From contig JAQFVV010000003.1 in assembly GCA_028023455.1 (NCBI GenBank), forward strand, positions 19,530,001-19,594,000: DNA of 64,000 nucleotides, given 5' to 3'. The notes under the pieces were generated by a model, which saw only the letters and a list, made by a program, of their open reading frames with translations, did no database searches and was not told the origin of the DNA. Origin of the DNA: Epiperipatus broadwayi. Taxonomy: Eukaryota; Animalia; Onychophora. Shown in pieces: positions 50,925 through 62,810 of the stretch. Positions within the stretch are counted from its first letter, which is position 1. Every line of letters starts with the position of its first letter. The position numbers and the translations under genes were made by a program.

Positions 50925-52542
50925 GTTAATAATAATAATAATGTGAAAGGCTAAAACCTTAGAGAGAAGCGCATTAAAATGCTTATGTGACAGCCAATCA
51001 GATGTAATAATGACTGTACGTGAAACTCTCAATTCAAGAACACAAGCCAGAACACAAGAAAAATTTACTTACGTAATTAAATATATTAATTTATTAAGCA
51101 CAAGCAGATGATATAATAATAACATGAAAGTCTGAAACCTTTGGCAGAAGTGCCTTAAAAATGCTTATATGACAACCAATCGGATGTAATAATGCCTGCA
51201 TAGGAAACTCTCAAGTCAAAACACAAGGCCGAGATTTTATGAGACAAAAATGGTTCCCACCTTCATCTCTACTTAAATTTATATATAAATAAGCCAGTCT
51301 TAAGCATTTTGAAATGAGAGCATGAAGCTTTAAACACCTTCACATTTAATTCACTAAATATTATATATAAATAAACAATGTGAAATTTTTCAATTTACTA
51401 AGAAGTAATTTTCAAATCCAATAAAGTGATAGTAACAATTGTAATTATATTGATTTAAGTGCAAGCAGATGATATAATAATAACATGAAAATCTGAAACC
51501 TTTGACAGAAGCGCCTTAAAAATACTTATATGACAGCCAATCAGATGCAATAATGACTGCATAGGGAACTCTCAAGTCAAAACACAAGGCAGAGATTTTA
51601 CGAGAAAAAGATGGTTCACACCTTCTTCTCTACTTAAATTTATATATAAATAAGCCAGTCTTAAGCATTTTGAAAGGAGAGCATGAAGCTTTAAACATCT
51701 TCACATTTAATTCACTAAATATTATATATAAATAAACAATGTGAAATCTTTCGATTTACTACGAAGTAATTTTCAAATCCAATAAAGTGATAGTAACAAT
51801 TGTAAATATATTAACTTATTAAGTGCAAGCAGATGATATAATAATAACATGAAAGACTGAAATCTTGGACAGAAGCGCCTTAAAAATGCTTATATGACAG
51901 CCAATCAGATGTAATAATGACTGCATAGGGAACTCTCAAGTCAAAACACAAGGCAGAGATTTTATGAGAAAAAAATGGTTCCCACCTTCTTCGTAGTAAA
52001 TTGAAAGATTTCACGTTGTTTATATATAATATTTAGCAAAATAAATGAGGTGTTTAAAGCTTCATGCTCTCATTTCAAAATGCTTAAGACTGGCTTATTT
52101 CTATATAAATTTAAGTAGAGAAGGTGGGAACCATCTATTTCTTGTAAAATCTCTGCCTTGTGTTTTGACTTGAGAGTTTCCTATGCAGTCATTATTACAT
52201 CTGATTTGCTGTCATATAAGCATTTTTAATGCGCTTCTGTCAAAGGTTTCAACCTTTTATGTTATTATTATATCATCTACTTGAACTTAATAAATTAATA
52301 TATTTACAATTGTTACTATCAATTCATTGGATTTGAAAATTACTTTGTAGTAAATCGAAAGATTTCACATTGTTTATTTATATATAATATTTAGTGAACT
52401 AAATGTGAAGGTGTTTAAAGCTTCATGATCTCATTTCAAAATGGTTAAGACTGACTTATTTATATATAAATTTAAGTAGATAAGAAGGTGGGAATCATCT
52501 TTTTCTCGTAAAATCTCTGCCTTGTATTTTGACTTGAGAGTT
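50925..52542. repeat. Tandem (~361-364 bp period, ~3 units) plus inverted (~1.5 units) array, axis ~51990; PLE-pLTR-like architecture
   Basis: caagcagatgatataataataacatgaaa at 51101, 51462 and 51826; 51992-52542 is the reverse complement; contains gacagccaatcag and TATATA motifs. Confidence 0.93.
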
Positions 52543-52557
52543 AATCCCATCTTGACA

Positions 52558-52793
52558 AATTTGCCATTGTTGGAAAATATCAAAGATTTTAAGAATCTAG
52601 ACTTGTTATAAAACAATTGGAAATTGCAGGAATATTGTCATTTCATAAAAAAACATTTGAGGCCTTTTTCAGTTTTGTGATTTATTTGAGTGTCAAATGC
52701 TTTTATAAAATTATAGTATTTCTGCAATTTCCAATTGTTTTATAACAAATCTAGATTCTTAAAATCTCTAACATTTCCCAAGAATGGCAAATT
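52558..52793. repeat. Foldback palindrome (~100-bp arms, ~32-nt spacer) abutting the array
   Basis: 52558-52660 pairs with 52693-52793 (e.g. ttttaagaatctaga.ttgttataaaacaattggaaattgcag). Confidence 0.93.
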
Positions 52794-53836
52794 AACTGAG
52801 AGGAGGATTACTTTCTTTCCTACTTTTTAGTCAGCTATTTTTAGTCAGCTATTTACATCTTATTTTCTATAACAAGCAAAACAAAAAAATAGATTTCATA
52901 GAATAAAAAGTATTTGATGCTGCAAAAGATTCCTTGCATTTTAAATATTTGTTGAAAATATGATATATTCATGTGGTAATTAAAGTCTATTTCTTTCTGG
53001 CATAACGTTTTTTACTTTTTCAATTCAAGTTATTCATTGTCCAATTTTCACATCCATAAAAAGTAATAAAGAATATCATATCTCAAACCAGGAATTATCA
53101 ACTCATGGAAAAAAGTGAGAGATTTTCCTTTTTTTTTAATACCTATAACATAATCTTAAAACTTTCATGCAACAAGAAGGAAAGACTTCATTCATCATAA
53201 TAAATTCTCAAAATAAAATGCTTTCAACAATATGCAAACTAAAAAAAAAAAAAAAGCTTAAGTGATTTTAAAATATGGCAACTACTTTCATTCTTTTTGT
53301 ATAGATATTACATATTTCCTAAAGTTATAATATTATACCTTCTTAATTGAAAAAGAAAGTTGTATAGCTTAAATATGAAACTGCAAATTATCAAAGATGA
53401 ATAATATTTAGATTTCATTTGGAATTTGAAAAACTAAGTACAATAAAACAATTTACAATACGAAATAATGACTATTTAAAAGCAAAAATTACATTAAGGT
53501 TGTAAAGATTTAAGCAAAAAACATAATGCAAAATAAATAAAATAATGGAAGCTTACTTAAATAAGTTTCTGATTGGAGGGAACAATTATATTCTAAAATA
53601 AATTAATTTTAAAGACAAAAGTCTAAAATTTTCCATTTTAAAGTATTAAAAGCTTGTATAAACTTGGTTTGGTCATGTTTACAATTATAAAAGTAAAAGC
53701 TTTTCTAATTTATAAAAGTAAAAAAATTGAAAAATATTGTCAAATTTTCATTATTAGTTTTCTAAAAAATCTAATAGAAAAACTTTATTTTTTGTATTTA
53801 ATTCCCAGAATGATAGCCACATTCTATATATTCCAG

Positions 53837-53868
53837 CAGGCACTTTGACTTTCACTGCAGCAAGATGG
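53837..53868 (+). other. Putative short exon ending CAAG-ATG-G|gt (possible start-codon exon)
   Basis: tatattccag| acceptor; |gtaata is a weaker donor. Confidence 0.2.
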
Positions 53869-56800
53869 GTAATACTTAATTTTGTAACTATTCCTTGATT
53901 TTCAATTTTTCTGATGTTTAATAGTTGAAAATAATGTACATTTAAATTTTAGATACTGTTCCTATATATCAGCTATAATTATTAATCAGAGTGAAAGAGA
54001 TCTTAATGAGAAAAAAAATAGATGGTCATCCTTCTGCAATAAGATTGATTTTGGCAGTTATTTTATTTCATATTGATGTTGGCAGAAAAGAAAGTATGCT
54101 GCTTACTTTAAGTGATTTTTTGTTATAAATATTTACATTTTAATAAGAAAGTGATGTTTACATATAGCTTTTAAATATTATATTTTTATAAGTATATTAT
54201 GTTGCTAAAATCTTATGTCATTGTAAATATGAAATACTTTATATCAATAACATTATTAATTTTTTTTATTCAGAGTTCATATTTTTATTTCTGATAATAA
54301 CTTTATTTTTTGTATATATATTTTAAATAAAATTTGCTAAAAAATAAATATTTGATAAAATAATTTTTATTAAAGTAAACTATTTTAAATTATACAGAAA
54401 ATAAATTCAAAATGAAAGCACTCGTATTTAAATAAAACTACAGAAAAAGTTAAAGAAAATGATTCATTTTATAATTAAGCTTTTTAATTTTATAATTGCT
54501 AGAAGGGGAGAGCAAGACATTTGTTTTAAAGTGAATGCAAAAGAAAAAATGTTAACTGTGTTTTTTAATTCATAATTTGCTTTTTTTTTTTTTTGTAAAA
54601 TTTAAAATGTTGTGCTTATTTAATCTGTATATTCTATTTTAAGGAACTATACATTCAGCACTATAGGATTTTAAAACTTATATAGTGGTTTACTGTTAAT
54701 ATATAAAAATGTCTCCCTTTTACTATACTATAAAAAACAATTAAACATTATTAACAGCATGCTTATAAATTTTGATTTTTGTTCAACATCCTATTATGTT
54801 TTCTATGTCTGTAAGCATTTTAATAAATGAAAAAATAATGTCTTGTTAAATGACGGATTAAATTTGGTAGCATCTAATTAAATCTCTCAAAAATTATCAC
54901 TTACTTTTTTCATTTTGGTTCTGTTTTTATAAATAAATCTTAATTTACTTTGTTATAAGATGATTTTTTTTATTATTTAAAAATTATTATTATGACTTTC
55001 AATTTCAGAAAAAAAAATTAAATGAAAATAAAATTTAATGATAGACTTTTTTTTAACTTTATGAATTGAAATTATAACAGTAATGAATAATTTTAAATGA
55101 AATTACCATATTGGGATTTTTCTTTGCTCTCAGAGATTTGAAGCAAAGATAAAATCATGGATTCAAAGTTTGTCAATGTATGACATATCTTCCATTACTA
55201 ATGAAGAATAGCACAACATATTATAGTTATACTTTATTTTTATGGTCAGTGCATCAACACTCCTGTGACCAACCCAGATTAATTGTAATATTTGCCTACT
55301 AATTCAAACAGCTAGATATCTATTTTCCCAATAAAAACTGGTGAGCAAGCTAGACGATTTGCCAGAAAGTCCCAAATCTACTTGGCACCTGAAAATTTTC
55401 TTCAGAGAATTAAAATGATTCTTCTCCTATTTCCTACTTCCCTTCAAAATTTTTTTTGGACATATTTAACTCCCTTATGATATATAGTGTTACTCTGAAT
55501 AAAAATTGACTAATTTACAACTTCCAGAAAGAATAGCGAAAACATATAACTTCATAGGTATAACATATGCTTTGAGACTTTTAATGAAATCATAAAGTAG
55601 CTATTAAAAAATATAATATTGAAAAACATTTTTAAAGAATCATGATGATTTTGATGGAAAATACCACAGAGATATAACAAAGAAAAAATTAGTATTTTAA
55701 AGCAAGAATTACCAAAGAATATTTAAAATGATCTGTTTATACAATCTTCATACATATCAAAATTATATATAAAACTATAGGAATTTTTTCAAAAGTACTT
55801 ATTCATTAGCAATGATATTTTATTATTAATAATTATTCAACTGCATTTCTATCAAGACTTGCATTTATTTTTTAAATATATTGAAAATAACATTTGGTAT
55901 GCCTGGACAATGACATTTAGCATTAACATTCTCTCAGTTACTTTGAGACACTAATATACAAAACATGTTCATGCATTTTCGGTAAATTTTGTACCTGTTT
56001 CAAAATTTTAAATGTAAATTAAAGTAGTAAGAACCTACAGTTTTACTAATATGGCCCACATTTGTAGGTGAATTGTAATAGGTGCTTCTTTCGAATGGGG
56101 AATATCTCTTCAATTCTTTCATGTATAAACAACATGGTTACTATAACCAATTGTATTTATCATCTAATATTATGGGAAAAAGAATTCAAGTTATTTCCTC
56201 CAAATATTTGAATTATAAAAATAGATAATCAGATATTAGATATAACTAACACAACTAAATAATCAATCATTAGACATAATACAAGATCAACTGATAATTA
56301 TAATATTTTTTTAAAATAATAAATAACCAAATGACTAGACACTCGGGTCATGTGATTTAAAATCACTGTAAGTACCAAATTGTGCTGTAATTAAGGAATT
56401 CTTAGCTCTTGAGTCCTTATCTCTGCATCAAATTTCACAGTGTAATAGTTTTTTAAAGATTACAGTATCGAGGGGGAAAAAAAATAATTTAATTAGCTTT
56501 GTGCAAATCCATAAAGTATAATAAACTGTAATAAAAGACAAGACATTAGTAATGGTATAATAAAAAAATAAACAACTCTGCCTACAATGGATTTAAATCC
56601 CGAGTGGGTAAAGAGTCAACATTTTTCTTTTGGGTAGCCAGCTTATAAGCAAGACAGCTAATCCTCCAATACCATGAATATGTAGCTATTTTTAACTAAA
56701 AAAATAAAATGAGGCTGAAGAGCTGATCAAACTCTCACTACTGAACAAATGGTAAGCCTGGGGAATGTTGCTTTGCACAGTGATGATATTCAAAATATTC

Positions 56801-56990
56801 ATCAACTGGTGCTATAAATGTATCTCTCTCTCCATTATAGAAAGTTAAAAAAAATCACAAATTATGAGTACTGATAATTTTAAACACAAAACATATTAGA
56901 AAAAAAAATTGTGAGAGACTTCATTTTATTATTGAAAATTTTAAATACTAATATGTGATAGAAAAAAGAGTATAAAACATTAATTTAGAT

Positions 56991-58598
56991 CAGTGTTTCC
57001 AAACCTTTTTTGGCTCGCGTACCACTTGGTAGTACATCATGCTAAATTGTACTACTTCGTAAAAATGATTGTATTTCGTCAAATTTGTTATTGCAAGTGT
57101 GTTTTTTTATTTGCATTATAAATATTATAGGGTGACCATGTATGTATTCACATCTCGTAATGAGACAAATTACATTGAAACATGCCTAAACGTCATGCCA
57201 GATTATAAACTCACTGTAACATATTTATATGTATGTGTTTGTTCAAAGTTTCATATTTTTTCCAAAATAATTTATTAAAGATTACATTATTACATTAAAG
57301 GTTATTTGTTACATATTTTGTTCAAAGTATTTTCTCATTCCTTCATTTGGTTTTCTTGAATTTGAGCCTGTTTTCTTTTTTTCGGAGCATCTTGCTATTG
57401 GTTGGGCCATGGAGAGGATAAATCCAGCATGTCCCAAGTCATGGTAAAAATAATCTCAGGGGTTATCAGACTATCTCTTGTTCTTGTTTTCTTTATATTG
57501 TTCAGCATGAAGTTAATAGAATTAAAATTTTGATGATTAAATACTAGCTTACATCTAGTAATCCACAATAGATGATCAAGAATTAATGAGAGTCTAATCT
57601 CTGGGTATGATCCTTTTCTGATACATTCTTTCAAATTAAATAATTTAGATTGATTTGCCTTGATCCGACTCATTATTTATCTACTATTTTGTCATATTTC
57701 GTTTACTAATAAATGGTTTTAATAAAAACAAAAAAATATAAAAAAACCAATTAGTATATTTTCTTATCATAATCAAAAATTTTTATAAAATAAATTTAAT
57801 GAGATCTTTGTGCTTGTTTCGAACAACATAATTTTTTGAAATTTGGTTCAAAAGATGCGAGGTATACCCTTAAGTCTACAGCTGAGTTCAATCTGTTTCG
57901 ATACTTTTTTTTTTTTAAAAATATATGAAGAAAAAGTTCTTCCTACTAATTCCGTACTAGTAATAATAATTTAAGAGCTTTCTCAGAAAGTTGTTCATAT
58001 TCTTTAATGTTTAACCAAAAATTAATTAGATTGTGTCGTTTGAATTCTACTTGTAAAGTTCTGTCACATGATAATTCTATTAAATTTTATTTATCCTTTA
58101 TTAATAATGATGTAGCTTTTTCTAAATTTTCTGCATAGAAGGGGTTTGAAATCCAATTATCATTTGTGTTTTCGCGTTTTGGAAAATATTCCATGAAAGG
58201 CAATTTTAATTCTGTTAAATGTGCTATTATATTTTCTCGTATATCTTGAGACAGACTAACCTTATTTTCAAATAAAAAAATATGTAGAGTTTCGAATACT
58301 TACTTCTAGTTGATTGTTTTCGATACTTATATATATTACTGTTTCCAAAAATCTAATTTCTTAATCATACTTTCAATTTTATCATTAACATTAAAGATCG
58401 TTATCGACTGTACATATTAACAACTTTACTGTATAATATTATTAATTAAAATAATTTTTTTATGAATTATAGGAAAAAACGTTTCTATATTTTTATGATT
58501 TTTTTTTATGTCCGCCATTATTGATTATTTTTCGTGTACCACCAACCAGCAACTCGCGTACCACCAATGGTACACATACCACAGATTGGGAAACACTG
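56991..58598 (-). mobile_element. Internally deleted hAT-Charlie-type transposon retaining transposase C-terminal remnants
   Basis: TIRs CAGTGTTTCCAAACC / GATTGGGAAACACTG; subterminal CGCGTACCAC repeats. Minus-strand remnants: IFNVNDKIESMIKKLDFWK, IIAHLTELKLPFMEYFP, NWISNPF, YRNRLNSAVDLRVYL. TSD poorly preserved (4/8). Confidence 0.88.
57395..57673 (-). pseudogene. L1/Tx1-like ORF2 C-terminal fragment located inside the hAT element
   Basis: LLWITRCKLVFN...KKTRTRDSLITPEIIFTMTWDMLDL aligns by eye with the 13095-13250 translation (LWLIRCEAVYN...KTRTRDQLYTPQITFRLMWEIIDL). Confidence 0.7.
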
Positions 58599-60721
58599 TC
58601 TTAGTGTATATGTATAATATTAGGGGGCATAATATCTTATCCCTTCAGTGCTGACTAAATTCCATCACTTTTTTTTTTGTGTGATTATTTAATATACATT
58701 TAACATGCATATACTCGTTTATTTTTTTTATTAATTGGGCCAGAGCAAACGTACACAATTAAGCCAAGAAAGACAGTGAACTATGTATATTTTTAGATCA
58801 TGAGCTACAGTCATTTGCTCTAAGAGAGATGACAGAAAGAGAAAGGTGAAAAAGGCATGGTCTATAGCCAAAGATATGCATGCCATAAATAAAAAAGAAA
58901 TAAACACATCACTTTCTAAAAAATGGCATCTAAAACTTCCTGTACAGTTATTAGATAAATTCATTTCTAAAATTCAATTTTATGCTAATTTGATTTATAA
59001 TATACAAAACAACTTTAAAATGAGAATTTAATGAACTTTAGTTTTATAATGCTATGATTATGATATGTTTTAATATTGAAAGAGTTGAATAAAAGAAATA
59101 TTTGTAATATGAAAAAAACATGTTCTGCTTTTAAATGTATAAACATCATTACAGTTAGTGTAGAAAATACGTAAAATAAATTCTTATAGAAATACAGAGT
59201 TAAATACATAATTATTAAGTTTTTTTACTATATATGCTTGTTTGCTTGAAAGTTTTATTTTACCCACATTTAATTCTGAAGTCACATACATTAAATCTTA
59301 TATAAGAGTCTCTAAAAATGTTCATAATAAAATATTGTTTGTTTATGAGGAGAAATTCAAGTTCTATTTTTCCCACGTTAAAAATATCTGAAACTTTCAT
59401 AAAATTCAACCTTTTTTCTTTAACATATATTTAATTTCACCAGAACAAGCTTATTATTAAATATATAATTATTAATACTTTTTCAGTCTACTGCATTTTT
59501 TACTACAGATGCTTTTTTCTGCCAGATTTTTAATAACAGTTTGTTCTTTATGAGAATGGCCATTTTAATTGCTCATTCACAATTTACATCTGGAATTTTT
59601 AACAAACTATGACATTTGGTACAACTTCTGCTTCATTTTATAGATATAGAATAGATGACAACTGAAGAAAAAGTTTAAACATTGCTTACTTTAATGAAAA
59701 TTTTGGCCAATTTTTATCAAATTTCTAATCTTTAGAATTAAATTTGTTAATGAAAATTATAAAGAACAAAACTGCAATGATTATAAGGAATAATGAACAA
59801 AGTACAAATCATCAATGCAGAAATGTGAATTGCAAAATAAAAATTAAAAACTATTATGGACTCTGCAATAGACAGCTCAAGATTTAGAAAAGTATTAAAT
59901 CTGTACTTACGAATAGAACAAATACACATTTTAGTTTGATTCACTGGATTTGAATTTTTGTTATAAATTTTTTTTGAGTATTAATAAAAAATATTTTTTT
60001 GAATACAATATTAACTTTACAAGACTTATGTTTGCTTTTTATTTTTATAATCAAAAGTTCAATGCACCACAATTTATCTACACTGCTCCATATTTGGTAC
60101 ATGAGCCACAGGGTGGCCACTTCTGCTTTTAAATCTTCAAATCAAAACTTATAGTAAGGAATTGTTATACATTATATAAAAGTAATAAATTATTACAATT
60201 TAATGTACAAGTCATTATTCATAATGAGATGGTTATGTGTCTCATGACATACAACAACATAGTAGTGTGTGTGCACATATATATAAACTTGAAAGAAAAA
60301 GTCCAAAATAAAAATAGACAAAAATTTTTTGTAGATATTTTCTATATTACACTGGAATAACAAGGATTAAGTAATTTTGAATTTTAAAAAAATTACTATA
60401 AATTAAGTATTTAAAAAGGTGTAATTAATATTTTATTAAATCTGATTTTGAAATTAAAACAAAAAATGTTTTTATGTTGCAATAAATATATTGGTAATTA
60501 TAAAATTCCATTATTTTGATTAGAAAATACTTTTAATTAAAGCTTGTATAATATATTTTGATAAAATGCTACAAAGTTGTTTTTCAAAGGATTAAAGTGA
60601 ATTGAAAAGAATCATTAACTTTTGTCAGTCAAGATAGCAAAAACTTTTTAAGTGCTGTATTTTTCCTCCACCCTGTATATAAAAAGGTTAGAAAAAATTA
60701 GGGAGTTTTTTAATTTTACAG

Positions 60722-61079
60722 GTTGACAATCAGATTACTACTACTATGAAGATATAACTGAAGACAAGACAGTGGATCAGCTGCTGCTATTAGTGCAGGG
60801 GTAGAGTTTGGATTCACATGAAAGCAAGATCCAGCTTCTATGTATTCATAACTTGTATACATATTAGACAGCATAGATTGAAAAGAACTCAATGCAGGTC
60901 AGAAGTTATCTGGATTATACCCTTCCTGAAAATGACAATATACCAGTTTACTGTTTAGAAGGGACCAGCTTACCCAGAGAGTCCCACCACTTGCTGAAGA
61001 AAATTTATACACATACTGTTTTACCTATATGAAGCGAATCAAGATAAAGGTACTACATCATATATATATAATACAGCTG
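60722..61079 (+). other. Putative 358-nt non-coding exon
   Basis: ttttttaattttacag| acceptor and CTG|gtgagt donor; more GC-rich than its flanks; stop codons in all frames. Confidence 0.3.
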
Positions 61080-61403
61080 GTGAGTTATTTTAAATAATTT
61101 CTTTAGTAAAAATAACAATTATAATTTTTTTAAGTAAATGACTTTAATAAAAAGTAAGATGCATTTGCAGTATATTTTATGAAAATAGCAAACTCCAAAA
61201 ATCTTTCTAGATTGGAAAACAAAAGACTTGGAGTATTTTTAAAGAGATGTTTATAATTAATCAAGAGTAACTTGTTAAAAAAAAAAACTTTTATGAAGGA
61301 CTGTCAAAAATTAATATTACCTTTTTTTTAAAAAAAAGGTACAAGTCCACTAGACAAGCACACTGCTTGATGGCATTGTTTATGTGCATGAACACAAAAA
61401 TGC

Positions 61404-62075
61404 TGTTACCATGGCTGGACTTACAGCTAATACTAAAGTTCTGTTGTATAAGCCATTGTAGGCTGATTGATGGTGTTGCATAGAAATATTACAGCCTGTT
61501 TGTCCTTCGCAACACTTTATGGAAATTCTCATAATTACACTGTTGGCTACTGTATCATCTGATGGTGGCTTGATTTCAAGTGGCCACAACTTTTGAAATT
61601 TCCATAGCAGAGTAATTTCATTTCTACTTAAATCACAACCTGACTCACTAAGAATTGTCACACCACCCCCATCCTTCCCTACACAACTTGGAATATGCAA
61701 AACATTAGCAAAGGGTAGGGTGAGCACAATTCAGCTGAGCTCATGTGAAAAGTCAGGTTTTTGCTAGAAAATGTATGAGACAAATAAAATGGTGCACTAA
61801 AGTAAGCAGATTTTCAAATTGTGCCAGTTGCTGACAACAGAAGCAGGGTAACCATGGTGGCATTTATGCGGCTGGACTTATGGCTAATACAAGTTTCTGT
61901 TGTGTTAGCCTTGATGGTGTCACACATATAAATATTATGGCCTGTTGTGCTTTGCGACACTGGTTATGCGAATTCTCACAATTCAACATATTGTTTCTGA
62001 GGGTGGCCACAAGTTTTGAAATCTCCATAGCAGACTAATTTCATTTCCCCTTAAATCAGTCTGACTAAGAATTGT
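61404..62075. repeat. Diverged direct duplication (~260-bp blocks, ~420-460 bp apart)
   Basis: gctggactta at 61414/61871; gtggccacaa..ttttgaaat.tccatagcaga.taatttcattt at 61580/62003. Confidence 0.85.
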
Positions 62076-62187
62076 TGGTACACTGAAGTGTGCAGAGTCC
62101 ATGAAAGTCTACATTTGCAAAACAAACTCGCAATTCCGATATCGTGCATATTCTTGCACGTGAAGCTATTCAATTCGCACACATTTC

Positions 62188-62810
62188 CAAAAGCAAAGGT
62201 TGTGCTTCTATATCATAAATCAATCAAAAAAAAAAAAAAATGAAAGTTGAAAAAGTCCAAAGTTTTGGTCTTATTTTTTTTTGTGGGGGTGGGTGGGTGA
62301 GACAAAAGTTATTTTTGGTTTGTTTTTATTAAAAAAAATAGAGCAAGATTTCATTAAAAAAAGGGCAATACAAATAAAATGGAATAAAAATTGATTTAAA
62401 AATCAAAGTTTGACTATATCAGCGATAAAGATGTGTTTGTGTATTGTTTTTGTTAGTAGGTAGAAAAAAAAAGCCGTTTCCAAAACAAAAGGTTGTGCTT
62501 CTTTGGCATAAATCAATCTCCCCCCCCCAAAAAAAAAGAAAACGAAAGTTGATATAAAGTCCAAAGTTTTGGTCTTTTTTTTTTGTGGGGGTGGTGGTTG
62601 AGAAAAAGTTTATCGTCACTGAGTCAACAGTTAGGAAAAAGTTAGTTTCGGTTTGTTGTTTTTATTTTTAAAAAAAGGTAGAACAAGATTTTATTAAAAA
62701 AAAAAAGGTAATACAAATAAAATATAATAAAAATTTGTTTTAAAAATAATAAAAGTTTGACTATATCACTGGTAAAGATGTGTTTGTGTAAGGAAAGATG
62801 TAGTAGAAAA
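62188..62810. repeat. Diverged tandem duplication, ~2 x 290-330 bp
   Basis: aaaggttgtgcttct, aagtccaaagttttggtc and aaagtttgactatatca.....taaagatgtgtttgtgta each occur twice. Confidence 0.9.

Noticed and set aside
50925-52542. CRISPR array or satellite DNA
   Set aside because: Units are ~362 bp with no unique spacers, the context is eukaryotic, and copy number is low with an inverted arm.
60722-60805. Selenoprotein read-through (GGT-TGA-CAA... giving SDYYYYEDITEDK)
   Set aside because: The ORF is short, no SECIS was identified, and there is no recognisable selenoprotein motif.
663-62619. ORF-track entries as real genes
   Set aside because: Most are 60-115 aa, F/I/L/K/Y-rich chance ORFs typical of AT-rich DNA, often overlapping on both strands. 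The few meaningful ones (e.g. 12651, 20409, 20984, 35156, 47414, 57395) are transposon fragments.
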